A stretch of DNA of 49,937 bases from Toensbergia leucococca (Eukaryota): positions 124,001-173,937 of the forward strand of contig JALDZS010000029.1 of NCBI GenBank assembly GCA_022813965.1, in the 5' to 3' direction. The notes below the pieces were generated by a model. That model had not been told where the DNA came from and ran no database searches. It saw nothing but the letters and a program-made list of their open reading frames with translations. Of the stretch, positions 24,501 through 36,015 are shown one piece after another. How positions within the stretch are numbered: position 1 is the stretch's first letter; each line of letters begins with the position of its first letter. The translations under genes and the position numbers were made by a program.

Positions 24501-26327
24501 GGGATGATTGCTTCGCTACCAGGTAGCGACGAGTGGCCAGTCTTGAGCGGCGACAATTCAATGTGTAGGCGAGATCCCGCATGTCAATAGGCTCTTTTTG
24601 TTGTGAGGCGTACACAGCGAGGTTTTCCACAACTTGCATGAGTGAGTGCTCCGTTCGAGCAGAGAACGTAAGTAGAAATAGTCTTTCACAAGGAAGCTCT
24701 TGAGCAGAGGTAGATTGATCATTCAGAAGCATGGCATGGCCGTTTCGTGAAGGAATATGAGTATTTGCGGCTTCTAGGATGGCGTGGCCGTTGGCACCAC
24801 CGAATCCAAATGAATTCACACTGGCTCTAGGTAGTAGAGACTTGGGCCACTGGTGGTGAGTCGTGGCAATTTCGATGTTCCACTCATCAGTCTTGATGCT
24901 GGGATTAATCTTACTAACGCCTATTGTGGCGGGAATGACACTTTTCTCCAGAGCAAGTACGACCTTGATGATGCTTGAGATGCCGCTTGCTCCTTCACTG
25001 TGGCCCAAGCTAGGTTTGATACCGCCTATAATCGTATGCCTGCCAGTCTTGTGGTGAAACACGTTGGAAATAGCTTCGACTTCTATTGGGTCTCCCACCT
25101 CTGTACCGGTACCGTGCGCCTTGAGCACCATCAGTAAGACATTTTGATCAAAGACAGGCTATTTCAGGGAGCATGGATTTAGGATTGGAGCCTCTTCCTG
25201 GTCGTCTACTCACCTCAACATAGTCAGTCTCATCTGTCGAAAGGCCTGCCCTACGATATGCTTTCTGAATTACGGCTTCCTGGCCCTTGACGCTGGGCTG
25301 AATGATACCAGGCGTTTTTCCGTTTCTGAATGCCGGAAAATGTAAGTTGACTGTGCGAGCTGGATGCCGCAGGATACCTGACCTCCAAAGGTAAGAAACA
25401 AACTCACCCATTGACCGCTGTTCCTCTGATCACAGACCGTATAGGATCTTTATCCCGTATGGCATCTTTGAGTCTTTTCAGATACAAAGACGATGCCGCC
25501 TCTGCACGTCCATAGCCGTTTGCGGTAGTATCGAATGTATGACACTTTGAGTCAGGCGATAAAATACCAGCCCTGACGGCAATGAGCTGCTGGTCCGGAT
25601 ACTGGATGAGGTTTGTACTGGCGACTATAGCCGCGTCACAATCGTGGGCGTCTAATGCCAGGCATGCGGAATGCAGAGCGTAAAGTGAGGACGAACAAGC
25701 TGTATCGAGGACCACTGACGGGCCGTGCAGGTCGAAACAGTGCGTTATTCGATTCGCGAGCACAGTCGAGCCAGCACCTGTAGCGCTGTAGCGCGAGAAG
25801 TACTCCGGGTCTTTATACTGCATGATCATAAAGTCAACAGTAAAGTTACCAACATAGACACCAGTGTTAGAGCCATTGATCCTGTTAAGCGGGGCACCTG
25901 CGCTTTCAAAGGACTCGTAGACAACCTCGAGAAGTTTTCTTTGTTGGGCGTCCATGAGTGTCGCTTCAAGATTATTGATGCCGAAGAAAGCATTTTCGAA
26001 AGCGTGGATGTCTTCCTGAATAAAATAGCCTCCCGTTGAATTGATGCTACCGGGCCGCTCCGCATTGGGGTGATAGAAGCCTTCCGCATTGTATCTGGAC
26101 GGTGGGACCTCACAGTGACCCGATTTTCTCTGCATCAAAAGGTCCCATAGCTTAGATGGTGACGAGGCCTGGCCAGGCAAGCGACAGCCTTGACTGCGCA
26201 TCAATCACTGCTCTCGAATCGAACTTCTGTTATGAAAGATCTTACCTATGCCGACGATGGCAATTGGCTCTTGGTGAACGGCCGCGCCATCCTCAGACAC
26301 CTTAGTCTGACTCGATTTAATGGCCAT
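18523..26327 (-). CDS. Highly reducing iterative type I polyketide synthase (KS-AT-DH-degenerate MT-ER-KR-ACP), 10 exons, about 2,400 aa
   Basis: [69 protein letters not shown] remnant: [43 protein letters not shown]. Nine introns splice in frame; no C-terminal release domain. Confidence 0.95.
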
Positions 26328-26918
26328 TGTGCCTTATCTCATCGATTCGGCTATGCGGAGTACAGATATCAAAGTCAATGAGATGGGTCAGTGACAAGTT
26401 CAAACAGGGTGCAAGGCTTCTGAAAGATTTCTGCAGACATTCCATACATCCAACATAGGAAGCATGCTAATGTTTGTAATACCTGGCGAAGACAAAACAG
26501 CAGACGTGCATCTGTGTTTGTATGGTTTTTTCAATGGAGAAATGACAGTGTAGACTAAATAGTGGCATTCTGTATATAGCAAATAAGAATGAAGGAAATG
26601 CACATTTTCATGGCTCCTTCCAACTAGCCAGATAAAGGGGGTCATGGTTGGAGGCACCAGAGCAGTATTAAACTCTAGGGCAATCACAGATTCGCGCTTC
26701 CAATCTGTAGAACAAGTCTCGGAAAAGTCAAGATCAGGTCTCGTACTCGACATCCTTGTAGCCTTGTTCCTCATTACCTTGTTACTGCTGACGTTGCTGA
26801 CAGTGATGTGCAGTCTTGACTGTAACATCGGGGAGTTTCTTGCGGTGGTGCTCGCTCGAATTGGGGGATTGCCTAGGAGCCTAGGTAGAAATACCTTAGC
26901 TCTTTAGGTACCACGCTC

Positions 26919-26939
26919 GCCAGGAGCCAGGCTGCCAGG
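26919..26939. promoter_or_regulatory. Three tandem GCCAGG (PacC consensus GCCARG) in the PKS/acyltransferase divergent promoter
   Basis: GCCAGG at 26919, 26926 and 26934; reverse copies (CCTGGC) at 26482, 27055 and 27418. Confidence 0.4.
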
Positions 26940-27545
26940 GTACCGTACCTGCCGAGCCACCTTACCGTATGACCTGCGTCCGAAACTGAAGCTAAGATAG
27001 TTAGACATTTAATGCTAAACCGCTGGAACACGAAGATACCCGCCTTACTCTAGGCCTGGCTATCTTCAATTCAGCTCCAAGCCCACTGTGCTACTCATCA
27101 CCAACCTACCTAGCTATGGGGTGAGGGTCGCTATCTGCGGATACCTAGGTAGTCCTAGACTCCGATCAAACGTCACACCAAGCTAAGTCAAGGGCACTAG
27201 AACTGTTCAATTCACTAAGATCGTACGTGTTGGAGTCATTCATTTATGCGACATGCCTACCTAAGGTAGGAAGTAGGAGCTAGGTCCCTACCTACTTACC
27301 TTACCTTACCTTATTTGATTCCATTCCATTCCTTCATAATGCGGCTTCGTGATGATCGTGACGTCGCCGTCGTTATTTATTACCTAAGCTGCTGAAGTAA
27401 GGAAAGGTATTCACCTTCCTGGCGACGTTCATGTCGTGGCCTTGGATTGTCCGTATTGAAGCCTAAAGCTTCATAAAGCAGAACAGAGAAGAACTAACCT
27501 TCCATTACCAAGCAGCATCTCTATTCTCTCTTCACCCTTCTTGTC

Positions 27546-28916
27546 ATGACCTCGTCCGAGATGCCCTGGTCACAGATCGCTCCGGGAAAGCTTCAGCGAG
27601 CCATTGGTGAGAATGAGACCTTTATCAAGTTGATTGGAGATCAAGGTCACCCTCAAGGCCGTGAACATTGGGCCATCAACTGTACCGCTTCTTTCACCCC
27701 TAGCCCTTCACTTGCGAAAGAAGATCTTCCATCTCTCTTCCTCCAGGCATGGAAGACTCTACGTTTTCATCACCCGAGCATAGCGGTACACGTCGTCGAC
27801 GACCGAACTCTTGAGTACAGAGTCCCAGATCAAGCAGCTTTGAATGATTGGGCCATCGAGACTTTTCACGTCATCGAGGACAAGACGGCTAACGACCTCA
27901 TCTCTGCCTTTAAACCTGGCCCCTACGCAACCCTTACATACCTTACAAAATCCAATGAAATCCTGTGCCATACGGCCCATTGGCGGACAGACGGTGTCGG
28001 TCTCCTACTTCTCATCGATGCCTTCTTCGATCTCGTTACAAGGCCCTCTCTCCCAGACGCCGACACGCTTGATTGGGGTCAAGAAGTCACTCGCCTCGCG
28101 CCAGCAGTCGAGGATGCTCTGAACATGCCGAGTACGCCTAGTGATGACATCAAAGCCCTCGGCCAAAAGAGCGTAGAGACATTCTATCAAGCAGCTGGTG
28201 CTGTAGGCATTACCTACCGAGGCGAAGCTACTACACTACCCAGTGGTACGCACTCATCCCGACTAGTCTTCAGTCCCTCGGAGACAAACTCCATCATCAG
28301 TCAGTGCAAGGCTCGAGCGTTCTCCGTAACATCCGCCGTGCATGCCTCCCTTGCTGCAACAAACTATGCTTTCGCCTCTCCAGAGAACAAGGGCAAGCAC
28401 TACACCAGCACCATTCGCTTCACCTTGCGCTCCTTACTACCTAAGCCACACCCTACCCCGGCGTATGCAAGTGGTCTTTACACGACCGGCTGGATGAAAG
28501 CAGTCCCTGCGTTGGCATCCTGGGACGATAATGCCAAAGCTTACAATGACGAGTACCGCAAAGGCCTGAGTAAAGAGTTTATTGAGTCGCACCGGCAATA
28601 CGCACTTGGTCTTGGGGATCTGATCCGTAACATGCCTCAAGGCGGAGACCCTCCTAGCGACGTTGACATCAGCAGCATCGGTATCGCTGAAAAACTCATC
28701 GGGCGCGTCAAAGGAACCGCGGATAGGGGATTGGAAGTCCAAAACCTGTCCTTGGGAGTTGAGATTCTGACTAGGCAGTGCGTTTGCTTCGTCTGGACTT
28801 TTAGGGATCAACTTACTCTGAGTCTTGTTTACAACAAGAGCTTCCATGAAGAAAATGATGCGGCCACATTCCTGAAGACTTTGAAAGAAATTATGCTAAA
28901 GGAACTTGCTGTATAG
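27546..28916 (+). CDS. CoA-dependent acyltransferase superfamily protein (HxxxDG; Tri3/alcohol-acetyltransferase/condensation-like)
   Basis: Intronless 456 aa; AWKTLRFHHPSIA; catalytic-type HWRTDG; SVTSAVHAS; ISSIG and VWTFRDQLTLSLVYN near the C-terminus. Divergent from the PKS. Confidence 0.75.
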   Translation: MTSSEMPWSQIAPGKLQRAIGENETFIKLIGDQGHPQGREHWAINCTASFTPSPSLAKEDLPSLFLQAWKTLRFHHPSIAVHVVDDRTLEYRVPDQAALNDWAIETFHVIEDKTANDLISAFKPGPYATLTYLTKSNEILCHTAHWRTDGVGLLLLIDAFFDLVTRPSLPDADTLDWGQEVTRLAPAVEDALNMPSTPSDDIKALGQKSVETFYQAAGAVGITYRGEATTLPSGTHSSRLVFSPSETNSIISQCKARAFSVTSAVHASLAATNYAFASPENKGKHYTSTIRFTLRSLLPKPHPTPAYASGLYTTGWMKAVPALASWDDNAKAYNDEYRKGLSKEFIESHRQYALGLGDLIRNMPQGGDPPSDVDISSIGIAEKLIGRVKGTADRGLEVQNLSLGVEILTRQCVCFVWTFRDQLTLSLVYNKSFHEENDAATFLKTLKEIMLKELAV

Positions 28917-29437
28917 AACTAAAGGCTTCTGCGCTGTTTTGATCGGTGCGGAAAGTCTGGTTGATGTATGCAACATTCAAATCATTGGGACTCATGCTCT
29001 ATCTACAGAGCTGACTGCGTGACGTGAAAAGTAAGAGTTACCGGCCACGTTGTTGTCCAATCTCATAATACTAGGAAGCTATAACCCTCAAAGGTAGAGA
29101 CATTATGATCATCAGGCAGGACCATAGACCTTGCAATAGATGTACCCTGTCCGCTTCGACTCGCCACGAAAAATTATCACAGATGACTACTGATGTCCTC
29201 TGAGAAGAGCTGAAAATGCTTCACTGGCTTTCGCTTTTTTGTTGTTTCTTTTCTTCGTACTGACGAATACCTAGGGCATAAGCAGCGGAAACAGACTATC
29301 AATCAAAGATTGTTACCTCTATAAAGTTGTGAGGTTGAAGAATACAGATTAATGTAACTGATCAGAGTTCGTTCATTAAGATTCACTATATGATATTCTA
29401 GCCCACGGGTATCTGTCAGGATCAACCAGGCAAGTTC

Positions 29438-30667
29438 CTAGTCTTCAAAGCATCCCTGCGCTTTCTCTCCCTCCGTCCCTATTATTCGACTATTATTCGT
29501 TTCTCCTGTAAAATGGGCCACATTCGCTTCGCTACTACTCCAGCTCCTCTCTTTCTGTCTATTCGGAGGATATGTGTCCATTCTGATGAAGTTGCCGTTG
29601 TTGTCGACGGTGTCGGAGGAGCCCAACGTCTCCTTTCGGGTGCTTGCGCCTCCGAGCACACTTCGAAACCCGTGGTCATAGACACGCTTGCCTAAGGTGA
29701 AGATGTTGGGTAGGCATACCGAGATGACCGACACAGGTCCTTCGCACTGCACCCACTCGATATAGGGAATCGTGGACCAAGTGAGGTCCGACTCGAGACT
29801 CGAACCAGCTTTGGCCAGTGTGACCAGGCGCCCGATGGAAACTACTATAACGCTGTTCAAAATGCTCAGTTAGATGAATGCTTATTGTTGTGTACATCGG
29901 TGAGAAACATGGCTTGACGTACCAGTATCCGCAGAGGAATACACCCATAATCCATACTTTTCTGCTTGTGTTCATCTGCAAGCGCCACAGTATGGGCATC
30001 GGCATTACCAATATGCAAAAGTCAATAACCAAGCTCGGTATGGCGGTTCCAAGGAACCAGCTCCATTGAGCAATACAATGGCCACCCTCAACGGTCTCCC
30101 AGGCCTTTCTGACGGGCACGCACTGGAATATAGTGGAGATCCAAGCTGCGATAAGCCAGGCCGCGTTCATACTCCCTACAACCAGGAGCGCATAATAAAA
30201 CTGGCGATTTGTTTTCCGAAAGATTCGATAGTAGAAAAAGAGCGCCGAGAATTTGGGCAGTGATATGCAGGCATCATAGAGGAAGGCGTCCGCAAAGATA
30301 ATCTTAGCGCCTTGAGAAAGCTCTGCCCGGGACAGAGTGGAGGCATGGCGTCCGAGGCCGATGGAGATCCACCAGTATATCAGGGCACATTCCGAGATGA
30401 TGAAGGGCTGGTGCGAGTATTAGCTGTTCATTCTCTGATGGAGTGTATTTTTATTGCAGTTATCATTATGAAAGGCACAAGAAGAGGTTCGTGTTGGGAG
30501 GAATTACCCACCAGTGTCAGAATTGCAAAGAAGTCATCGAAGCCGAACCTGTGGGCTGGTATAACGGATATAGACCAGCACCGTAGCAACACGGCCAGGG
30601 TGGCAAGAAGCAACATGACGGTGCAAAGCGCTATCAGTTCCGGCTGTTTGCTTGCTTCGTTCTCCAT
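29438..30667 (-). CDS. PTH11-like / SAT4-family integral membrane protein (fungal rhodopsin-domain), 3 exons
   Basis: LAVLLRCW...FGFDDFF; GLGRH; PKFSALFFYYRIF; IFQCVPVRKAW...GHC; IDFCILVMPMPILWRLQM..RK; SIGRL; EGPVSVISVCLP. No CFEM domain. Confidence 0.88.
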
Positions 30668-31562
30668 GATGAACGCAACCAACCAAGGTCCTGCAGAGCT
30701 GACTGAGAGGACTATTAGACTTCTTGTCCAAAGACGCAGAGGTACAAAAGCGATCTGTAGTATCTCACGATTGCTCAGCCATATGTTCTCTACGAATGAG
30801 TAGAGAATGGCCGAATTTGCTGTAGGTACACAAGCTGAAACGAATCCTGCGGCTTTCCATGGCGATGGATCGCATGCACTGATCGACAGGGCTGCACGTC
30901 ACCTTGAAGCCAACGGCCATTGATGAGTTTGCGAGTGCGACGTTACGAGAGACTGTCCGATTGGCGGCTACGTTGATGTACTCAAAATTGAGGGTGTAGT
31001 ACAACGGACGTCTTATGATGACATGGTCTTTTGCCCCGAGATGTGGCTTTTACATCGTGACGGTAGATGGAAGTCAAGGTACATGCGTGCGTCTTCTTCG
31101 GAGATATTAAACAGAGCTACCTGCTTTACGGGGCCCAGGAATCCTATCCTCTGGGCTCTGGCTCAGCTGGGTAAGCAAATGACGCGGAGAGTTGACTGGA
31201 TCGGTCAATTCTTTTGACGAAACAGGGTGGGTGTTGGATTGACGTTACATTGCAGCAATGGATACGAAGTACCTTAGCAGACAACTCAATATGGGGTTTC
31301 ACCGAGAGATTATTTAGACGAGTATTGCCTGATTGCCTTTTCGGGAATTGGAAACCTTCGGAGAGTACCGTGAATAAAACGTAACTGCGAAAAGACATTG
31401 CATAAGATTGATATGACAGTGATACAAAGTGCGACCCACCTTGCTACGTATGTGAATGTGGCTGATCGTAAAAAAAATTGAACGTGACCTGGAGAGTCGA
31501 AGCGACGGTGCTACGTCGTTGAGAGAGTGGTGAAAAGCCTCAAAGCCTAAGACAGTTCCGAG

Positions 31563-32776
31563 ATGGATATTGATGGCGTTGCCCTCGTCGCAGGAGCAGG
31601 TAAGGCCAAATTACACTGGCATGAACAATCCGCAGATATGTGCATTGTCCATCTACACCTTCACGCTTGCTCTTCCGCAGAAGAAAACAATCCATAAATA
31701 ACTCCCAGTGAAAAGAATCAAATGCTCATTTAGTATCGAATAGGTAGCGGTATCGGCCGCGAGGTTGCCTTGACCCTGGCCTCTCGTGGAGCGAACACAC
31801 TGGTATGCGCAGACATCAATCTGGAAGCTGCCCAGTGCACTGCCGAGATAAGCCAGTCTCGCAAGCCTGCACATTCTACCAGTTACAAAGTGCACGCCTT
31901 GCAAGTCGATGTGAGAGATGAGAAGAGTGTTCAGCAGATGCTTGACGAGACGAAAGCACTCTTTGGCCGCATAGATTACTTTGTGAACACTGCCGGCGTA
32001 AGTCTGAACCCAGCCATGGATGCTTGCACCAAGAGGTCAAATTGTTTCCAGCCAAACCCTGGTCTGCATTTTGACCATCGTTGCTTCGTCGTCTGGGCTG
32101 CAAACGGCCTTAAGAGCTGACGCAAGTGTCCGGACGTATAGTATGGTGCGTCCAGCCAGAAACCAATAAGCACCATGACGCTCGAGGACTATAGGAGTAT
32201 GGATGAAGTTCACAACGTGGGCTCTTTCTTATGTTTGCGAACAGCCCTCCAGACCATGCTGCAGCAAGCGCCGCAGCCTATGCCAGTCGCGGGCCGACCA
32301 ACTGTCCCTTCTCCCAGACATATGAGCAGAGGCTCCATTGTCATTCTTACCTCACTTGCATCAGAGGGCGCCTTCCTGGGCGTGGGAAATTATGTGGCGG
32401 CCAAGCATGCTGTCAAGGGACTTGTGGAGACAGCAGGTGAGCGTCGAAGATTTTCGAAATGGAGTCCAGTCATGCGAGGACTTGGCTGATAAGGACTCCC
32501 ATAGCTCTTGAAAATGCGCGCAAAGGCATCCGCATCAACGCGGTTGCGCCATCATACGTGTCCGGACCAATGATGGATAAATTCATGGAAGAAGTTCCGT
32601 CTTTGAAAGCAACTATGCTAGGAGATCTAGCCATGGGACGATTAGTCGATCCCGAGGAAGTGGCGGATGCGGTAGTATTTCTTGTCTCGGCTTCAGCGAG
32701 CTATGTCAACGGCCATACACTGTGCCTCGATGGAGGCTCATCACTTCAGCTAGCCAACACGCCCTTCAGCGATTGA
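31563..32776 (+). CDS. Classical short-chain dehydrogenase/reductase (SDR), 4 exons
   Basis: VALVAGAG|SGIG (GxxxGxG), DV, VNTAG, catalytic YVAAK, GIRINAVAP, YVNGHTLCLDGG. Introns 31600-31743, 31998-32141, 32437-32504. Confidence 0.92.
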
Positions 32777-34037
32777 AAAAAGAACAGGAAATGATGTATG
32801 CTGGGAAGTAAAGCCCCAACAGGAGGCCGGATTTTTTTCGTGATCCAAAAAAGCATGAGACAATTCAACAACATCCGTAAGCCGAGCTGACTTTGCAGAG
32901 CTGAGAGTGTTGATGGAGTATATATCATGTATGAGAGATGTCACTGAGAAGACATGTCTTCCATTGATCTTTTGAATCGGCATGTTCTCAAGTAACGAAA
33001 AGACAAGTATCCAGCGATGAAAGAAGATTTGTTTCAGAGCCTGCTGCTCCATACCTTCTGCATGGTCACTTTCCTCAGGAGTCAAGAACAAGAACGACAA
33101 GAAAGCTTGACATGTATAGTCACTTGATCTCTAGGAAATTAGTTCTAGCGTTGCCCAACTCCAATGCTCCAGGATATTAGGTGCGTGTAGAGTGACGATA
33201 ACTGCAAATATGCTATACACAAAGTCCACGATACGTCAAGAACCAGCGACTGGAGGGACTAGAACAGGCCTCAGGAAATGTGCGGGATGACTATGGAAGT
33301 AAGATGATCTCATGCACTAATACCGTGTGATTTCTGAACACCATTACTGGCCGTATACCTGGGATGGGGAATGGAATGATGGGATTGATTCGTCCAAGGC
33401 AAGCCCTTCCAGGTGTCTCTCAACCAGAGTCAACCTCATTTATCTCTTTTAGGGCCGAGCGTACTCAGCCACCCGCCCTCGGTAGGATCTGCATTTGTTA
33501 TCGAGGCAGAAGATACATAGCAGCGACTTGCACTCTAGGGGAAGGCGGTCGTGTTTGTCCTGTTCCGAATCCTCCGGGAGCGTCTCGGAAAGGATTGTTT
33601 ACTTCCATGGTGATTGATTTGACTTTGCCTGACGACGTCGATACTCTTGTCGGCCGCATTATGCCATATATCTAGGATCGAAGGGCCTCTATCCTTCAAG
33701 GATGCTTCTCGTGATCGGTGAAGTAGGGAAGCAGGATGGAACTCTGCGACATATTGATTAATAGTGGCTCAGATGCAAGCAAACCTTCACCACTGAATGC
33801 AGCAGTGTACAATGATGTTGCTCTGCTTCGCCAGCGAGTCAATGTTGTTTTCCTTGTTGTACCGCAGCTATTCAGGCTCGAGGTAATAGCCTAGGGCTTA
33901 GCCCTTCCAAATATTCTAAGCGAGAGCTCAAAAATACCTAGGTAGATTCATCGTGACTAGGACCTTTCGATAGAAATGCCACCTGATCTTGTCTCGAGCT
34001 TGTCACTACATTTAACTAAGTTCAGACCTGATAGATT

Positions 34038-35700
34038 ATGTCGGTAACAAACGCCTCACCTGCGCAAGTAGCTGAGGCTGCCTCAATCTCTTCCAGGAGT
34101 CTAGCAGTATTACCAGTCCAGGCTCGTAATCATGCCCTCACTGCCATCCATCAAGCATTGATCGCCGCGAAGCATTCTATTCTGTCTGCCAATGCAAGGG
34201 ATTTGGAATCTAGCATCAAGGCAGCCGCTGATGGAGAACTCAGTCCGAGCGTGCTGAAAAGATTGGATCTGACCAGAAAGGGTAAATGGGAAGATATGCT
34301 ACAGGGCATCCTGGATGTTCGAGACCTTGAAGACCCTGGTAAGCATTGAAAACGAATTTGATAGCTTCGCCAGAGGGAGTGAGAGCTGATTCGCCGTACA
34401 CCGGGCCTTACAGAAAGCCATGCACCACAGTCACCTTCAAAGACCTCTCGATTATCTATCTAATAAGAATTAAAGCCCAAGCCGCCATGGAATGCGCCCT
34501 GCTACTCTTTTCGTATAAAGAAAGCCCAACCACTGTGGTGCAAGGCTTTCGAAGGCTCTGTACGATCTAGTCGGCAAAACCACATTGAAAACACGTCTAG
34601 ACGATGGTCTAGATCTAGAGCGAGTAAGCTGCCCAATCGGCGTTTTACTCATCATCTTTGAGGCACGTCCGGAGGTGATTGCCAATATAGCATCACTAGC
34701 CATTAAATCTGGTAATGCTGCCATATTGAAAGGTGGGTCTCAACCTTGGAACTCGGTCATTCAGTAGAGCGTCTAATTATCCATAGGGGGCAAAGAATCT
34801 ACAGAGTCATTCAAAGCAATATCAACAGTCATTTCAGAAGCTCTAGTGGAGACTGAAGTTCCTAACTCTTCAATCCAGCTTCTGACCACCCGAGATGTTA
34901 TTCCCTCGCTACTCAAGCTTGACAATCACATAGACCTTGTCATTCCACGTGGTTCAAATGAACTGGTACGCTACATCAAGAATAATACCCGAATCCCCGT
35001 CTTAGGCCATGCCGACGGGCTATGCAGCATATACATCCACGCCGATGCCAAAACAGACATGGCTGTCAAGATTCTCTTGGATGCCAAAACTGGGTATACG
35101 GCAGCCTGTAACGCCGTCGAAACACTCCTCGTCGACGAATTCGCACTGTCAACAGTCCTTCCAGCGGTCGCAGAGGCATTACTCCAGGCCGGGGTGTCTC
35201 TGCGCTGCGACGCAGCTTCCAAAACCGCGTTATCAAAATCTCTATCGAAAGCTCACGCTGCAATCCTTGAGGACTCATCCGAAGCAGACTATAACACCGA
35301 GTTTCTGGATTTGATTCTCGCCATCAAAACCATTCCCCCGACATCATCCGCACTCACATCTGTAGATCTAGCTATCGCTCACATCAACACTCATTCATCC
35401 AAACATACAGACGCAATTCTTACACAGTCACTTGAAGTCGCGCGACGCTTTCAAGCCGGCGTAGACAGTGCTTGTGTCTTTTGGAATACGAGCACTCGCA
35501 TGGCGGATGGGATGCGCTTTGGCTTTGGCACCGAAGTGGGCATCAGCACCAACAAGATTCATGCTAGAGGGCCTGTTGGCCTGGAAGGTTTGATGATCTA
35601 CAAGTACTTCATCAGCGGCAACGGTCAGGTTGCCGGTGAATATTTTGATGGGGTTGGCGGGAAGACTTGGAAGCATGAGAGGATTCCTCTAGGTTCTTGA
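34038..35700 (+). CDS. pro2: Gamma-glutamyl phosphate reductase (proline biosynthesis), 3 exons
   Basis: LEDP|VGK, CPIGVLLIIFEARP, AIKSGNAAILK|GGKE, DLVIPRGSNELV, ACNAVETLL, NTSTRMADGMRFGFGTEVGISTNKIHARGPVGLEGL. Introns 34339-34570 and 34733-34786. Confidence 0.95.
34395..34564 (+). other. Long intronic RNA stem-loop between the branch point and 3' splice site of pro2 intron 1
   Basis: The 5' arm 34395-34431 pairs with the 3' arm 34532-34564 in helices of 6+7+1+7+11 bp (one G-U pair, small bulges) around a 100-nt loop. Confidence 0.8.
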
Positions 35701-36015
35701 TGAGGTTGTGTTACTTCTAAAGATTGAAATGATGATTCTCAATGTTGAAAGGTACAGATGCTATTGATAGTGATGCGTAAAAATAGAAAAGGGAAGCTCC
35801 TAAGGCGCCAGAGGTTGCAATAGAACCAAAGTGTATTTGTATTCAGTTGAGAAACTCATGTTATCATCGACTAGCAAGCACCATGTGGTATCATAATTTC
35901 TACGTCTCATCGCGAACACCCAACCGCATCTAGAAGAGCTACGACGAGTCCGGCCAAATGACCACTCTCTCCAGCGCCCAGCAACATTCAACGCAGAGCC
36001 AGAGAAACCTACCCC

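Noticed and set aside
26870..27335. CCTAGG/TACCTAGGTA palindromes and (CTTAC)n, (ATTCC)n runs as a mobile element or array
   Set aside because: Short low-complexity motifs without TIRs, target duplication or regular spacing; similar words occur in other intergenic regions (about 1515 and 33937).
31600..32141. Two SDR introns of identical length (144 nt) as introner-like copies
   Set aside because: No sequence similarity between them beyond splice signals; the equal length looks coincidental.
32780..34030. Fifth cluster gene or ankyrin-like relic (TSLYTAAFSG on the minus strand) between the SDR and pro2
   Set aside because: Only short ORFs, no consistent splice model, and the similarity is too weak to support.
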